Assembly: GCA_009841335.1 (NCBI GenBank)
Contig: VXLY01000111.1
Span: 1,737-65,736, forward strand
Direction of reading: 5' to 3'
DNA length: 64,000 bases
Source: Rhodothermaceae bacterium
Lineage (GTDB): Bacteria; Bacteroidota; Rhodothermia; Rhodothermales; Bin80
Positions 9,901 to 19,042 of this stretch are shown in pieces. The notes below the pieces were generated by a model that ran no database searches, was not told the origin of the DNA, and saw nothing but the letters and a program-made list of their open reading frames with translations. Within the stretch, counting starts at the first letter, position 1. Each line of letters starts with the position of its first letter. Both the position numbers and the translations under genes were made by a program.

Positions 9901-10974
9901 ATAAACGACAATCAGATTTCCACGGCCACAGGGCAGATGCGTGCACTGGAACGGATTGAGCTGAAGGGGGAAATCCAACGGTCTGACGGTTCATTAGATA
10001 CTTCCTTTGATGGTGCGGCGTCGCTCACGGTTTTTGATGCGCTGAGGCACGTGCCAATTCCTCCAGAGATGTTTCGCCATATGCCGCAGCGTTACTATGA
10101 AGTTCGAGAAGATCTGATCTGGCGGGGCAGGACTCGCGTGACCGATGGACGCTTTGTGGCACGATTTGTCGTTCCAAAGGATATCTCGTATGCAAATCGG
10201 CCCGGAAGGGTTACCCTCTACGCACAAAGTGCGGCTGAGCATGTAAATGGGCATTCTGAGCGCTTTATTGTCGGCGGCACCTCGGACGATGCCACAAATG
10301 ATGTGGACGGCCCACAGATCGAACTTTATCTGGGAGATGAATCGTTCACCAGTGGCGGCTTGGCTCCCGTGCAACCGCAAGTATTCGCCCGCATATATGA
10401 TGAAAGCGGCATCAATACAGTGGGTGCAGGAGTTGGACACGAAATGTTACTCGTACTCGACGAAAATGAGGTGGAAGCAATCAACATTGGCAACCTCTAT
10501 GAAAGTGATGAGGATTCATTTCAACGGGGATCTGTTTCTTATTCTTTTGACGAGGCGCTGACGCCCGGTCCACACACACTTAGTCTTCGTGCTTGGGATG
10601 TGCTGAACAATTCCGGCGAAGCATCCTTAGATTTTCTTGTAACGGATACCGAAGAGTTAGTGATCAGAAATGTTTTCAACTATCCAAACCCTACGACCGG
10701 GGCAACCCGATTCGTTTTTGAGCACAACCAAATACCCGGTACGCCAGTTAAGGTACATGTGCGGGTTTATACTTTAGCGGGACGTCCCGTGCGGACTTTG
10801 GAATCAGAAGAGTTGTTATCTGCAGGACCAATGCAAATTTCCTGGGATGGACTGGACGACGATTATGCAAGACTCGCCCCTGGCGTGTACTTGTATAGGC
10901 TTCGGGCTGAAACAGCAGGTGACGAAGTGCAGCACGTTGCCGAGATTATAGAAAAACTGGCCGTTGTTCGTTAA
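6955..10974 (+). CDS. porU: T9SS sortase PorU (C25 gingipain-like peptidase family)
   Basis: 1339 aa with a GTG start and signal peptide. Gingipain-type catalytic dyad contexts VNYSGHGG (His codon 9466..9468) and FITATCSFG (Cys codon 9568..9570). C-terminal T9SS CTD (FNYPNPTTG...GVYLYRLRAE). Immediately upstream of porV, as in known T9SS loci. Confidence 0.88.
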   Translation: MQSWQLSGPVNRVRIFGTLYLSVLAAICAPAAAQDATLELIDSTLGRSVYQLSAEWGDAEVDVGGLLESSVVLDLPALVQPSVRVLEAEYDEYSFEPVKGVGEEAAVVVGLGLSRKRPAATLVARLVTYDSTSAKLRRYRHMRIEVIHPVYQQVPTSYETSDNPHLDVSRSVLADGQFFKLAVSETGVYRIDRTFLESLPGLDTPVGSIDPDQVRIFGNGGAPVPALNSAPRIADLAENQVFVQGGGDGSFDAADAVWFYAQGPSGWQSRQLTGFRGRPILDPSGEPVREWSHYVHPFDSTNYYFLSIGSSTSETYLQEDYPDAADTVLLSEITGRYFVDLDEYLWGREGGHSGHTWVSALIPGPGPGRTVFENFQLPGLTGGTLHYQIRAAIQSNPAATLHYRGDNSTLHSVNYGASSGLSTSIIARSGIADFTQTVTAGQQISLTVDLDDQAGGPLAALDWVRIFYPKTLQADQQPVRFHTPLAEAGTFTFVLRGFSSPPFVLDITQPGDYRWLGLSSRGGEYWAQVTAASADEPRELIAFTSNQVRTLDATEACGPECRVTPQNLHGIQAWPDFVIITPNQFIQQSNALADRRRAEGLTVEVVDVQQIYNEFSGGLQDVRGIRDYLKFLYDRSPDEERLLRYVLLFGDGHFDYRNLDASATFPNHIPPFETEDSWDPERSYTSDDYYGLLDDNEGLWPYIQKTFQDPYAHLNERVDLGIGRFTVHTEEEAQLMIDKIVHYESPNTYGQWRNRYLFLADDGPTGISGTQNDKDLHTQNTDVVAVAVAKLAPDVNQRKVYALSYTREFLNTWRVPKARQDLLLAIDEGVLVVNYSGHGGERSLAQENLFTVEDSRSLQNYDRLPIFITATCSFGRWDLGNEQTGAEELLLNRNGGAIALLTTVRQVYTSGTATTLNVGLNVALNEELFKREADQLLPRIGDALRRTKNRRVGYEGNNRKFNLLGDPTLRPGLPASRAVVTHINDNQISTATGQMRALERIELKGEIQRSDGSLDTSFDGAASLTVFDALRHVPIPPEMFRHMPQRYYEVREDLIWRGRTRVTDGRFVARFVVPKDISYANRPGRVTLYAQSAAEHVNGHSERFIVGGTSDDATNDVDGPQIELYLGDESFTSGGLAPVQPQVFARIYDESGINTVGAGVGHEMLLVLDENEVEAINIGNLYESDEDSFQRGSVSYSFDEALTPGPHTLSLRAWDVLNNSGEASLDFLVTDTEELVIRNVFNYPNPTTGATRFVFEHNQIPGTPVKVHVRVYTLAGRPVRTLESEELLSAGPMQISWDGLDDDYARLAPGVYLYRLRAETAGDEVQHVAEIIEKLAVVR

Positions 10975-11020
10975 AGGCCACAAACATGTGTACAACCTAA
11001 CCCTTGCAAAACCAGATAGT

Positions 11021-12208
11021 ATGAAGAGTCAGATTTTCAAACACATCACCATTTCGTCGCTTTTGATCTTCATGATCATTGGTGGCATTGTCAGGGATGC
11101 ATCGGCCCAGATTGGCGCATCCGCTGTTGTATTTCTCATGATTGAACCCGACAGCAGGGCGGCAGGTATGGGGAATGCAGGTGTAGCCATTGCCGACAAT
11201 GCAAATGCCTTGTTTTGGAATCCTGCAGGGTTAGCCGATCAGGTTGGAACTGAGGTTGCACTGACGCACAGTAATTGGTTGCCAGAGCTGAGCAGTGATC
11301 TATTTTTTGAGTACCTGGTCGCCAAGCATCATATCAATAATTGGGGCACAATCGGGGCGCATGTAACATTTTTGAACCTTGGTGAGCATGAACACCGTGA
11401 TGCACTGAATCAAGAACTAGGTACTTTTCGATCATACGACCTGTCTGTCGGAGTCTCGTATGGGTTCAAGGTTTCTGAGCATTTTTCACTGGGTACCGGT
11501 GTGCGTTGGATCCGGTCTAACCTTGCCAGTGTCAATGTAGGTGCGCAGCAGTCTCAGCCGGGTGTATCGGTCGGTGTGGACTTGGCAGCTATGCTCAAGG
11601 CGCCCCAATTTTCACTTGGGCCTATTGCCACGCAGTACAATATTGGGGTTAATCTCACCAACATGGGTCCCAAGATCCAGTACTCTGACAGTGAGCAGGC
11701 TGACCCGATCCCCACCTTACTTCGTGTAGGTCATGCAATTACATTTGAATTTGACGAATACAACAAGATCACTCTGGCCAACGATGCTTCAAAAATTCTC
11801 GTGCGTCAGCGGGTTGAGGAGGTATGTATTGACGTTAATGATCCTGAGACCTGTGCTCCGCAATACTCCACAGATCCGTTCTATCGCGCGATCTTCACTT
11901 CCTGGACCCCCATTGAAGTTCTGAGTTCAGCGGTCAACGATGATGAACAGGAGTTCACGAACCTGTCAGTCATTGACCAGCTCTTGATTTCCGTTGGTTT
12001 CGAGTACTGGTACAATAATCTGTTCGCAGCGCGTGGAGGATATTTCTATGAGAATCCCTACAATGGTGACCGGAAATTCCTAACCTTTGGAGCAGGAATC
12101 CGCTACAATATCGTGGGGGTTGATTTTTCGTATGTATATGCCTTGGAGGAAAACCATCCTTTGGCCAATACAATGCGTTTTTCGCTACTCCTCAACTTTG
12201 CACGCTAA
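11021..12208 (+). CDS. porV: T9SS outer-membrane shuttle protein PorV (PorV/PorQ family)
   Basis: The ORF opens at 10964. The ATG at 11021 gives a signal peptide. N-terminal signature DSRAAGMGNAGVAIADNANALFWNPAGLA. Size is that of a beta-barrel protein (about 395 aa). Adjacent to porU. Confidence 0.88.
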   Translation: MKSQIFKHITISSLLIFMIIGGIVRDASAQIGASAVVFLMIEPDSRAAGMGNAGVAIADNANALFWNPAGLADQVGTEVALTHSNWLPELSSDLFFEYLVAKHHINNWGTIGAHVTFLNLGEHEHRDALNQELGTFRSYDLSVGVSYGFKVSEHFSLGTGVRWIRSNLASVNVGAQQSQPGVSVGVDLAAMLKAPQFSLGPIATQYNIGVNLTNMGPKIQYSDSEQADPIPTLLRVGHAITFEFDEYNKITLANDASKILVRQRVEEVCIDVNDPETCAPQYSTDPFYRAIFTSWTPIEVLSSAVNDDEQEFTNLSVIDQLLISVGFEYWYNNLFAARGGYFYENPYNGDRKFLTFGAGIRYNIVGVDFSYVYALEENHPLANTMRFSLLLNFAR

Positions 12209-12230
12209 CCCGGATCGAGGTTGCAGTACA

Positions 12231-15125
12231 ATGAGGCAGCTGACTGTCACGGCAGCGGCCTGCCTATTGCTGCTGACCGGAGCAAATGCTCAAACGGTTA
12301 AGCCAGCTGCACCATACTACGACTTGGTCGCGCTCCGGGTAGAGTTTGTGCCGGATACGTCCAGTTTTACTACTGGTGACGGAACGTTCTCGGGATTGAG
12401 ACTTCCCGTTGAACCAAAGGTCGATCCGCTCCCTCATGATGCGGCCTATTTCGAGGCCCATCTGGCTTTTCTGGAACACTATATCCTCACAGCCAGTGCT
12501 GGCAGAACCAGGATTGTGACGCATCTCATCCCTGAGGTTGTGCGGCTGGATAGTCCAATGGCAACCTATAGTCCGGTCGGATTAGACTCAGACAGTAAGT
12601 CGGAGCGATCGAAATTGGCAAACCTGGTCCGTGATGCCTGGACAAAGGCAGATGTGGAGAGTACATTTGATCCAATGCGATTCTCGAACAAGGGGAATAT
12701 TGTGTTCGTCCTGTTCCATGCGGGGGTAGGACGTGATATTGAGCTGGTCGGCACGACGCTGGACAAGACACCCCAGGACCTCCCTTCACTCTTCATGGGG
12801 ACCAATACGTTGGCAGACCTTGGTATTAGCGGACTCAAATTCAAAGGGTTGCCGGTAGACCATTCGCTTATCATTCCCCGCACGGAAACCCGCCCGGGCG
12901 TAAATCCCTTTACGGATGAGCCCTACCTGCTGGAACTGTCAATTAATGGATTGTTGGCAGCAAGCTTCATTAGTTATCTAGGGGTTCCCGACCTGTTCAA
13001 TACCGATACCGGGGAGTCAGTGATTGGTCCGTTTGGTGTGATGGATCCATTGGGTATTTTTGCGTATCGCGGACTGTTTCCACCACTACCCAGTGCCTGG
13101 ACCCGCGCAGCACTCGGGTGGGCGATCCCGGAAGACATTCATGATCCCGGTACATACGATCTGGCAGCCGGAGAAATTGCCAGGATAGAGATATCAGAGG
13201 CTGAGTATTTTCTGTTGGAAAACCGTGTACGCACTCCCGACGATACAGGGCTCACGCTACACATATTCAACGAGGGGAAAATCTCAACTCAGCGGTTCCC
13301 TGCGACCAGCGATGATTTTGACCGATTCAATGTGGGGGCATTTCAGGGTGGTGTGGTTACACGGGCAAGCTCATACGATTTTGCGCTGCCAGGCCGTGAT
13401 GCCGATAATCAGCAATACAATGGAGGGATCCTCATCTGGCACATTGATGAGCGTCAGTTTTCCCGCGCGGTCAACAATGATCCAGACGCGTTGGCTGTTG
13501 ATATTGAGGAAGCCGACGGGGCACAGGATATTGGCTTTGACGGTAACATCGGCTCTCCGTTTGATTTTTATTTCAGCGACAATCCTTCAAGTGTAGCCTT
13601 GCCCTCCGGGCTCACCATCAGTCTCTATGATAATCGGTTTGGCCCCGACACGACACCAGACAGCAGGACAAACGAAGGCGGGAACAGCTTCTTAACGTTC
13701 GACAATTTTTCGGCGTCCGGCCCGAACATGTCTTTTTCGGTCCAGAAGGATGCGGGCGAACATGTGACCGATGCAGGAATGGTTGAACTGGGATCAGAAA
13801 CTACTCAAGAAGGCAGCGTTGGGATAGCAGCCGGTCGAAGAGTAGTGTTTACCGGTACGGAGCTCATTGTACCAGGGGCTGACCGGGTGAATGCTCTGGC
13901 ACGGCCGGCCTACAGTGCACAGGGCATGGCCGTGGTCGACGATCAGGATGGCGGCATTGCATTCAGAGAATATGAATTAATCGGGGAGCAACTGATGGCA
14001 AGACGGTCGGTAACTCTTCCCGCAGAACTCCCGATGGCAGGACCAGTGGTGTATCATGACAATGCTCATTATGCCCACTTCACCGGACCAGACCGATCAC
14101 AAGTGTTTCGGATAGCTTCTGGTGTAGATAGATATGATATTGATGACGGCGGGCTGGGGGTGATTGCGACTGATGAAGGAGTTTACTTCGTTGGACAGTC
14201 ACAAGCCGGGCTGATTGGCGAAGCTTCAACATGGACGTACACGCTGGACAGTGATGCAGGCTACCCGGTAATGGGACGGGATCGTACCGGGCTATGGGGA
14301 GCAATTCCGCTTTCCACGGCCCTAGTTGTACTGGAACCCGATGGTGAAACCAGACGGATTTCGGCCTCAGCCTACGTCGGAGGCGCAGTTTTTTCATCAT
14401 TGCTCGCTATTGCAGATCTAGATCAGAACGGTGTTCTTGATTTGATTACAACTGCAGGTAATAGGGTCGTTGCATTCTCTCAGGGAGGTGCATTGCTTCC
14501 ACCTTTTCCCATAGAGATCGGAGCTCCTGCCACCAGCGCTCCACTGATCTATCAATCGGACGATGCGATCATCATTGTTGTATCTGCCGCTGATGGGAAT
14601 ATTTATGCATTCGACCTCGACCAGAAGGGGCGAGTCATTCCCGGGTTCCCCTTATCGGCTGGGCGTGCAATCAAAGCTACTTCACTCATTTTGAGTGATA
14701 CACTGAGCGTAGTTACCGAATCAGGTATTCTGAGAAACTACAAGCTGAATAATATCGGTCGGGCGCTCTGGGCACAGCAGCACGGTACCGGACAAAATGC
14801 GAGCTTTGTGGCATTGCCTACAAAACAAGCTGAGACTGCGCCGCTGTTGAACGCAGCGGAGACTTATAATTGGCCTAATCCAATCCGGGATGGGCACACG
14901 TTTTTTCGGTGTCTGACAAGTGAAGCTTCGCAAATATCCGTCACGGTGGTGGACGCGGCGGGGTCTTTGGTGGGCTCGTTAGATTTTGCCACTTCGGCAG
15001 GCGTCCCACATGAAGTTCCCTGGAAAACCAGTGCCGCGAGCGGCATATACTTCGCGCGGGTAGAAGCCACCTCTGTTTCTGGACGGACGGACTCACATCT
15101 GATTAAACTCGCGATCATTCGATGA
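12231..15125 (+). CDS. T9SS cargo: M6 (immune inhibitor A)-like domain with degenerate zinc site, beta-propeller-like region and T9SS CTD
   Basis: The ATG at 12231 gives the signal peptide MRQLTVTAAACLLLLTGANAQ. LAASFISYLGVPDLF aligns with the M6 motif HEFGHDLGLPDLY. GGILIWHIDE is present. FG-GAP/BamB-like repeats occur (DLDQNGVLDLITT, GNIYAFDLDQKGRVIPGFP). The C-terminus YNWPNPIRDG...GIYFARVEA is a T9SS CTD. Confidence 0.75.
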   Translation: MRQLTVTAAACLLLLTGANAQTVKPAAPYYDLVALRVEFVPDTSSFTTGDGTFSGLRLPVEPKVDPLPHDAAYFEAHLAFLEHYILTASAGRTRIVTHLIPEVVRLDSPMATYSPVGLDSDSKSERSKLANLVRDAWTKADVESTFDPMRFSNKGNIVFVLFHAGVGRDIELVGTTLDKTPQDLPSLFMGTNTLADLGISGLKFKGLPVDHSLIIPRTETRPGVNPFTDEPYLLELSINGLLAASFISYLGVPDLFNTDTGESVIGPFGVMDPLGIFAYRGLFPPLPSAWTRAALGWAIPEDIHDPGTYDLAAGEIARIEISEAEYFLLENRVRTPDDTGLTLHIFNEGKISTQRFPATSDDFDRFNVGAFQGGVVTRASSYDFALPGRDADNQQYNGGILIWHIDERQFSRAVNNDPDALAVDIEEADGAQDIGFDGNIGSPFDFYFSDNPSSVALPSGLTISLYDNRFGPDTTPDSRTNEGGNSFLTFDNFSASGPNMSFSVQKDAGEHVTDAGMVELGSETTQEGSVGIAAGRRVVFTGTELIVPGADRVNALARPAYSAQGMAVVDDQDGGIAFREYELIGEQLMARRSVTLPAELPMAGPVVYHDNAHYAHFTGPDRSQVFRIASGVDRYDIDDGGLGVIATDEGVYFVGQSQAGLIGEASTWTYTLDSDAGYPVMGRDRTGLWGAIPLSTALVVLEPDGETRRISASAYVGGAVFSSLLAIADLDQNGVLDLITTAGNRVVAFSQGGALLPPFPIEIGAPATSAPLIYQSDDAIIIVVSAADGNIYAFDLDQKGRVIPGFPLSAGRAIKATSLILSDTLSVVTESGILRNYKLNNIGRALWAQQHGTGQNASFVALPTKQAETAPLLNAAETYNWPNPIRDGHTFFRCLTSEASQISVTVVDAAGSLVGSLDFATSAGVPHEVPWKTSAASGIYFARVEATSVSGRTDSHLIKLAIIR

Positions 15126-18100
15126 AGCGAGTCCTCTCTGTTCTTGCTGCGGTGATGTTGGTTGCCGGTACAAATGCTCAGGTTTCTCCGTCTCTTCTAG
15201 ATTTTAGCCGCCCAGCGCTTGATTGGTACCAAATAGAGACGGATCACTTTGTCATACTGTTCCACATGGATGAATCGGGGCAGGGAGCAAGTCGGTCGGC
15301 TCAGGTGGCAGCGCGCGTAGCCGAAGAAGTCTACGGACCCATAACAAGCCTGTATGAGCATGAACCAGACGGCAAGGTGCATATAATCCTCAAAGACTAC
15401 GAGGATTACTCAAACGGCGCAGCGTACTTTTTTGACAATAAGATTGAGATCTGGGCACCCGCGCTAAATTCTCCCTTGCGAGGGGCACATGACTGGATGC
15501 GCAATGTGATCACACACGAGTTCATCCATATCGTTCAGGTTCAGGCAGCAATGAAGTCTCCGCGAAGATGGCCCTTGGGGTATCTCCAGGTTCTGGATTA
15601 CGAAGATGTACGCCGTCCCGATGTCTTGTATGGATATCCCAATGTGATTGTCAGTTATCCGGTTATTGGTTTGAACAACCCGGCTTGGTTTGCGGAAGGG
15701 ACTGCACAGTATCAACATGATCACTTACACTACGACCGTTGGGATTCGCATAGGGACATGTTGCTGCGAACCCGTGTTCTGGAGGGAAAGGCGCTCAGTC
15801 TGACTGAGCTTGGCAGCTTCTATTCCAAGAGCAGTTTGATGCGTGAGGGGGTGTATAATCATGGGTTCGCATTCACGCTGTATTTGGCACGTGTGTATGG
15901 AGTGGAGGTGTTGGCCCAGATTAGTGACTACCTGCGCAGTTGGCGTATATGGCGCGTTGAGGAAGCCATTGAGCAAGCAACCGGTGTACCGGGGCAGGAA
16001 GTTTATGAGTCGTGGCTTCAGGAACTCAATCGCTCCTATGTACAGGCCGTATCTCCCATTAAGGAGTCTCTCGCGGAAGGAACATTGGTTGAGCCAGAAG
16101 GCTTCGCCAATTATTTCCCGCGGTTCTCACCGGATGGATTGAAGTTGGCCTATATATCCAATAAGGGTGAACATTTTGGTCGCACCAGCCTGTACGTACA
16201 AGACTTAAGCAGCGGTTCGGTGGTTGCCCACGATCTGGGAGAGGCCTTCGGCGACTACATCTGTTCACTAGGTCATCGTATAAAGTCCAATGTGACCGGC
16301 GCTGCTGCCTGGCGCCCGGATGGTCAGGCACTCGCATATGCCCGGCAGCGTGTAACCTCAGAGGGTTTTCTATACACAGATCTTCATTTGATTGATTTAG
16401 ATACGGAAAAATCCTCTCCACTGACGCGTGATGCACGTGCCTCCCAACCTGCGTGGGATTCCACAGGGACAAGAATTATGTACGTCACCTCCGATGATGG
16501 AAGCAGTAATCTGCAATTGCTGAACCTAGAAACAGGCGAGGGCAGACCAATCACGCGGTTTGCAAACGGAACCCAGGTAACCTCTCCGGTATGGCACGGT
16601 GAATGGATTTATTTTGCGCGACTCGATCCCGGTGCTCATGGTAACGATTTGTGGCGGGTCAAGGCAGACGGATCAGAACTGGCCCCCGTTCTGCAGACTT
16701 CGGCGGATGAGCGATCACCGGCGATAGCCAATGGCATGCTGTACTATGCTTCTGATGAGAGTGGGATCTACAATATCTATCGGTTTAAGCCGGACGGTTC
16801 GGAGCAACTGACTCAGGTCATCGGCGGAGCTTTCATGCCGGATGTCAGTGAAGATGGGAGGATCGCTTATGCCACATATAGATGGGATGGATACAAAATC
16901 GCCATTCTAGAGTATCCAGCAACAATTGAATCCACAATCCAATATGCGCCACCGGAATTCATCACAAAAACTGCCGCGCCTACTGCGTCGGAGAATGACG
17001 GGGATATAAGGGCTATTGATCCAGAAGTGCTTTCAAGTACATTGGACAGGGAACCAGCTTTGGGGACGGATTCTTTACAGGTATCGCGCTATGGTGCCAA
17101 CTTTACAAGTTTCAGCTTCTCACCGGTTGTCCGACTGGATCAATACGTAGAGCGTCGGCTCGAGGGGCGTGTTCGTGGCAGGGCAGAAACCTTTTGGAGG
17201 AACCTGAAATTCGGCACTTACGTCTCTTCCCGGGAGATGCTGGAGGGCATGAGCCTGTTCGGAGGATTGCTCGTAGGTCCAGGATCACACCAGGACGGCC
17301 AAATTATTGCTCCGGCCAATATACTGGCACTTGAACGGGATGTATTTCTTCAATTCAATTACTCCCGGGGTTTTGGGTTCTTGCCTGGACGTTGGTCGCC
17401 GCAGATAGCAATCGAGCTGTATAATATTCAGCGTCAGGTAGAGAACGGGCTGTCTATTGATGAGCACCCTTGTACTGCATGCTTACCTGAGTCCACCAAT
17501 GCCGACCTTACTTATGGTCTCTGGGAGGGAAATATATATTTGCGCAGCAAGATTAACCGCAGCACAGTACTTGAAGCTGGATACCGGTACAGCCCGTATC
17601 GTGTTACAACAAACCGTTTCTATTCAAAAGAGCTTACAGATTGGATACCCAGTACCTCGTCACGCTACTTTATTGGCCGCAGCTATATGGCGGGCGCCTA
17701 CTTTGAGGCACGGCGTTCTCATCGTGAGTCGGACATAATGCGCACAGGCTTGAGCATTGCGGCTACGTATGAACGCGAAACCGGTGAATTGCTGAGGCAA
17801 TTTGATGTGGAAGAAGGGCAATTGGTACCTGTCTATGATACCGACGTACTCCACCGGATGCGCGTTAATTTAGAGGGAGGAATCCGGCTACCTGGCCAAG
17901 TTCGTGGCACTTCACATGGCCTGAGTATTCGGGTGCAAGCCTCAACGCTATTCGGCAAGAATACAGATTCGTTTTATTTTGACTATGTCGGTGGCCTGTC
18001 CGGCGCACGCGGCTATCCGTTTTATGCACTGGGTGGGACAGAAACACTATGGGTGCAGGCTGCATGGACCTTGCCATTGATTCCTGATATTCGGCGTCAG

Positions 18101-18382
18101 ATCGGACCGGTTTATTTGGATAAGGTCTTCATGCGCCTTTATGCTGATGGGGCAAGGGTCCAACCGGCAAGCCAGGCGATCCGCAAAGATATGGGGGCTG
18201 AACTTCGCCTGATGATGGGAAGCTACTATTTACTACCAACGGCATTGTTTGTCAGTGCGACTTATGGCATGGATGCATTTGAGGTTGAGCTGGATGATGT
18301 GTTCGTTACTTCGCAGCCGAGCGTAGATTATGGTAAGGAGCTTCAATGGCACTTTGGGTTACTTTTTGGGTTTGACCTGTAG
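15122..18382 (+). CDS. Zincin (Peptidase_MA-like HExxH) / PD40 TolB-like propeller / Omp85-like beta-barrel fusion protein
   Basis: The start overlaps the upstream stop (ATGA). Signal peptide MKRVLSVLAAVMLVAGTNAQ. HEFIH at 15515..15529 followed by FAEGTAQY. PD40-like repeats (FSPDGLKLAYISN, WRPDGQALAYAR, DSTGTRIMYVTSDDGSSNLQLLNLETGE). C-terminal VGGLSGARGYPFYALGGTE...LYADGARV...WHFGLLFGFDL resembles the Omp85 loop-6 RGF/Y region and terminal strands. Confidence 0.75.
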   Translation: MKRVLSVLAAVMLVAGTNAQVSPSLLDFSRPALDWYQIETDHFVILFHMDESGQGASRSAQVAARVAEEVYGPITSLYEHEPDGKVHIILKDYEDYSNGAAYFFDNKIEIWAPALNSPLRGAHDWMRNVITHEFIHIVQVQAAMKSPRRWPLGYLQVLDYEDVRRPDVLYGYPNVIVSYPVIGLNNPAWFAEGTAQYQHDHLHYDRWDSHRDMLLRTRVLEGKALSLTELGSFYSKSSLMREGVYNHGFAFTLYLARVYGVEVLAQISDYLRSWRIWRVEEAIEQATGVPGQEVYESWLQELNRSYVQAVSPIKESLAEGTLVEPEGFANYFPRFSPDGLKLAYISNKGEHFGRTSLYVQDLSSGSVVAHDLGEAFGDYICSLGHRIKSNVTGAAAWRPDGQALAYARQRVTSEGFLYTDLHLIDLDTEKSSPLTRDARASQPAWDSTGTRIMYVTSDDGSSNLQLLNLETGEGRPITRFANGTQVTSPVWHGEWIYFARLDPGAHGNDLWRVKADGSELAPVLQTSADERSPAIANGMLYYASDESGIYNIYRFKPDGSEQLTQVIGGAFMPDVSEDGRIAYATYRWDGYKIAILEYPATIESTIQYAPPEFITKTAAPTASENDGDIRAIDPEVLSSTLDREPALGTDSLQVSRYGANFTSFSFSPVVRLDQYVERRLEGRVRGRAETFWRNLKFGTYVSSREMLEGMSLFGGLLVGPGSHQDGQIIAPANILALERDVFLQFNYSRGFGFLPGRWSPQIAIELYNIQRQVENGLSIDEHPCTACLPESTNADLTYGLWEGNIYLRSKINRSTVLEAGYRYSPYRVTTNRFYSKELTDWIPSTSSRYFIGRSYMAGAYFEARRSHRESDIMRTGLSIAATYERETGELLRQFDVEEGQLVPVYDTDVLHRMRVNLEGGIRLPGQVRGTSHGLSIRVQASTLFGKNTDSFYFDYVGGLSGARGYPFYALGGTETLWVQAAWTLPLIPDIRRQIGPVYLDKVFMRLYADGARVQPASQAIRKDMGAELRLMMGSYYLLPTALFVSATYGMDAFEVELDDVFVTSQPSVDYGKELQWHFGLLFGFDL

Positions 18383-18400
18383 CGATATCCTTGGATTTCC

Positions 18401-19039
18401 ATGACGCCTGTTGTGATCTTTTGCTTACTCTTTATTGCAATCAGTATTGGATTGCTTTATCTGGTCCTGCGAAAGAACCCATACCCGGTTCCGCGCGGAG
18501 GTATACAGTGGATGGTCACCATCATGTGTACGTTGCTCGTTTGCCTTTCTGGATTCGTGATTGCGCTTGAATGGAGTTTTTCCGAGCATTCTGATATCAC
18601 CTCCACCCCAGAGCAGGTAGAGCCCTTTGTATTTCGATTGGTTTCCAATCAGGAAGCGGTGAACATAAGCGATTTTAATGGGAGTGTGGTGCTCTTGAAT
18701 TTCTGGGCCACGTGGTGTCAGCCCTGCATTACTGAACTACCCGAGCTTGATGCACTGCAGGAAGCTTATGGGGATATAGGCCTGGTTGTTGTAACTCTGT
18801 CAGACGAAGACTTGGAAGAGCTGCAGTTATATGATGATTTGCTGCCCGAAAAAACGGTATCTGGTTATGTAGCTCCTGAGGAATTGCCGGAATATTTCAG
18901 ACACGAACTTCAATCCGGTCGGCCGATCACGTATGTGATTGATGGGAGAGGAATGATTCGGGAACGCCTTCTGGGAGCGGGGACATTTGAATATTTCGAG
19001 GGTCTTGTCACACCGTGGCTGGCTGAACTCCAATCGTAG
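18401..19039 (+). CDS. TlpA-family membrane-anchored thiol:disulfide oxidoreductase
   Basis: Two N-terminal TM segments. Thioredoxin-fold motif NFWATWCQPC. Confidence 0.85.
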   Translation: MTPVVIFCLLFIAISIGLLYLVLRKNPYPVPRGGIQWMVTIMCTLLVCLSGFVIALEWSFSEHSDITSTPEQVEPFVFRLVSNQEAVNISDFNGSVVLLNFWATWCQPCITELPELDALQEAYGDIGLVVVTLSDEDLEELQLYDDLLPEKTVSGYVAPEELPEYFRHELQSGRPITYVIDGRGMIRERLLGAGTFEYFEGLVTPWLAELQS

Positions 19040-19042
19040 CGC

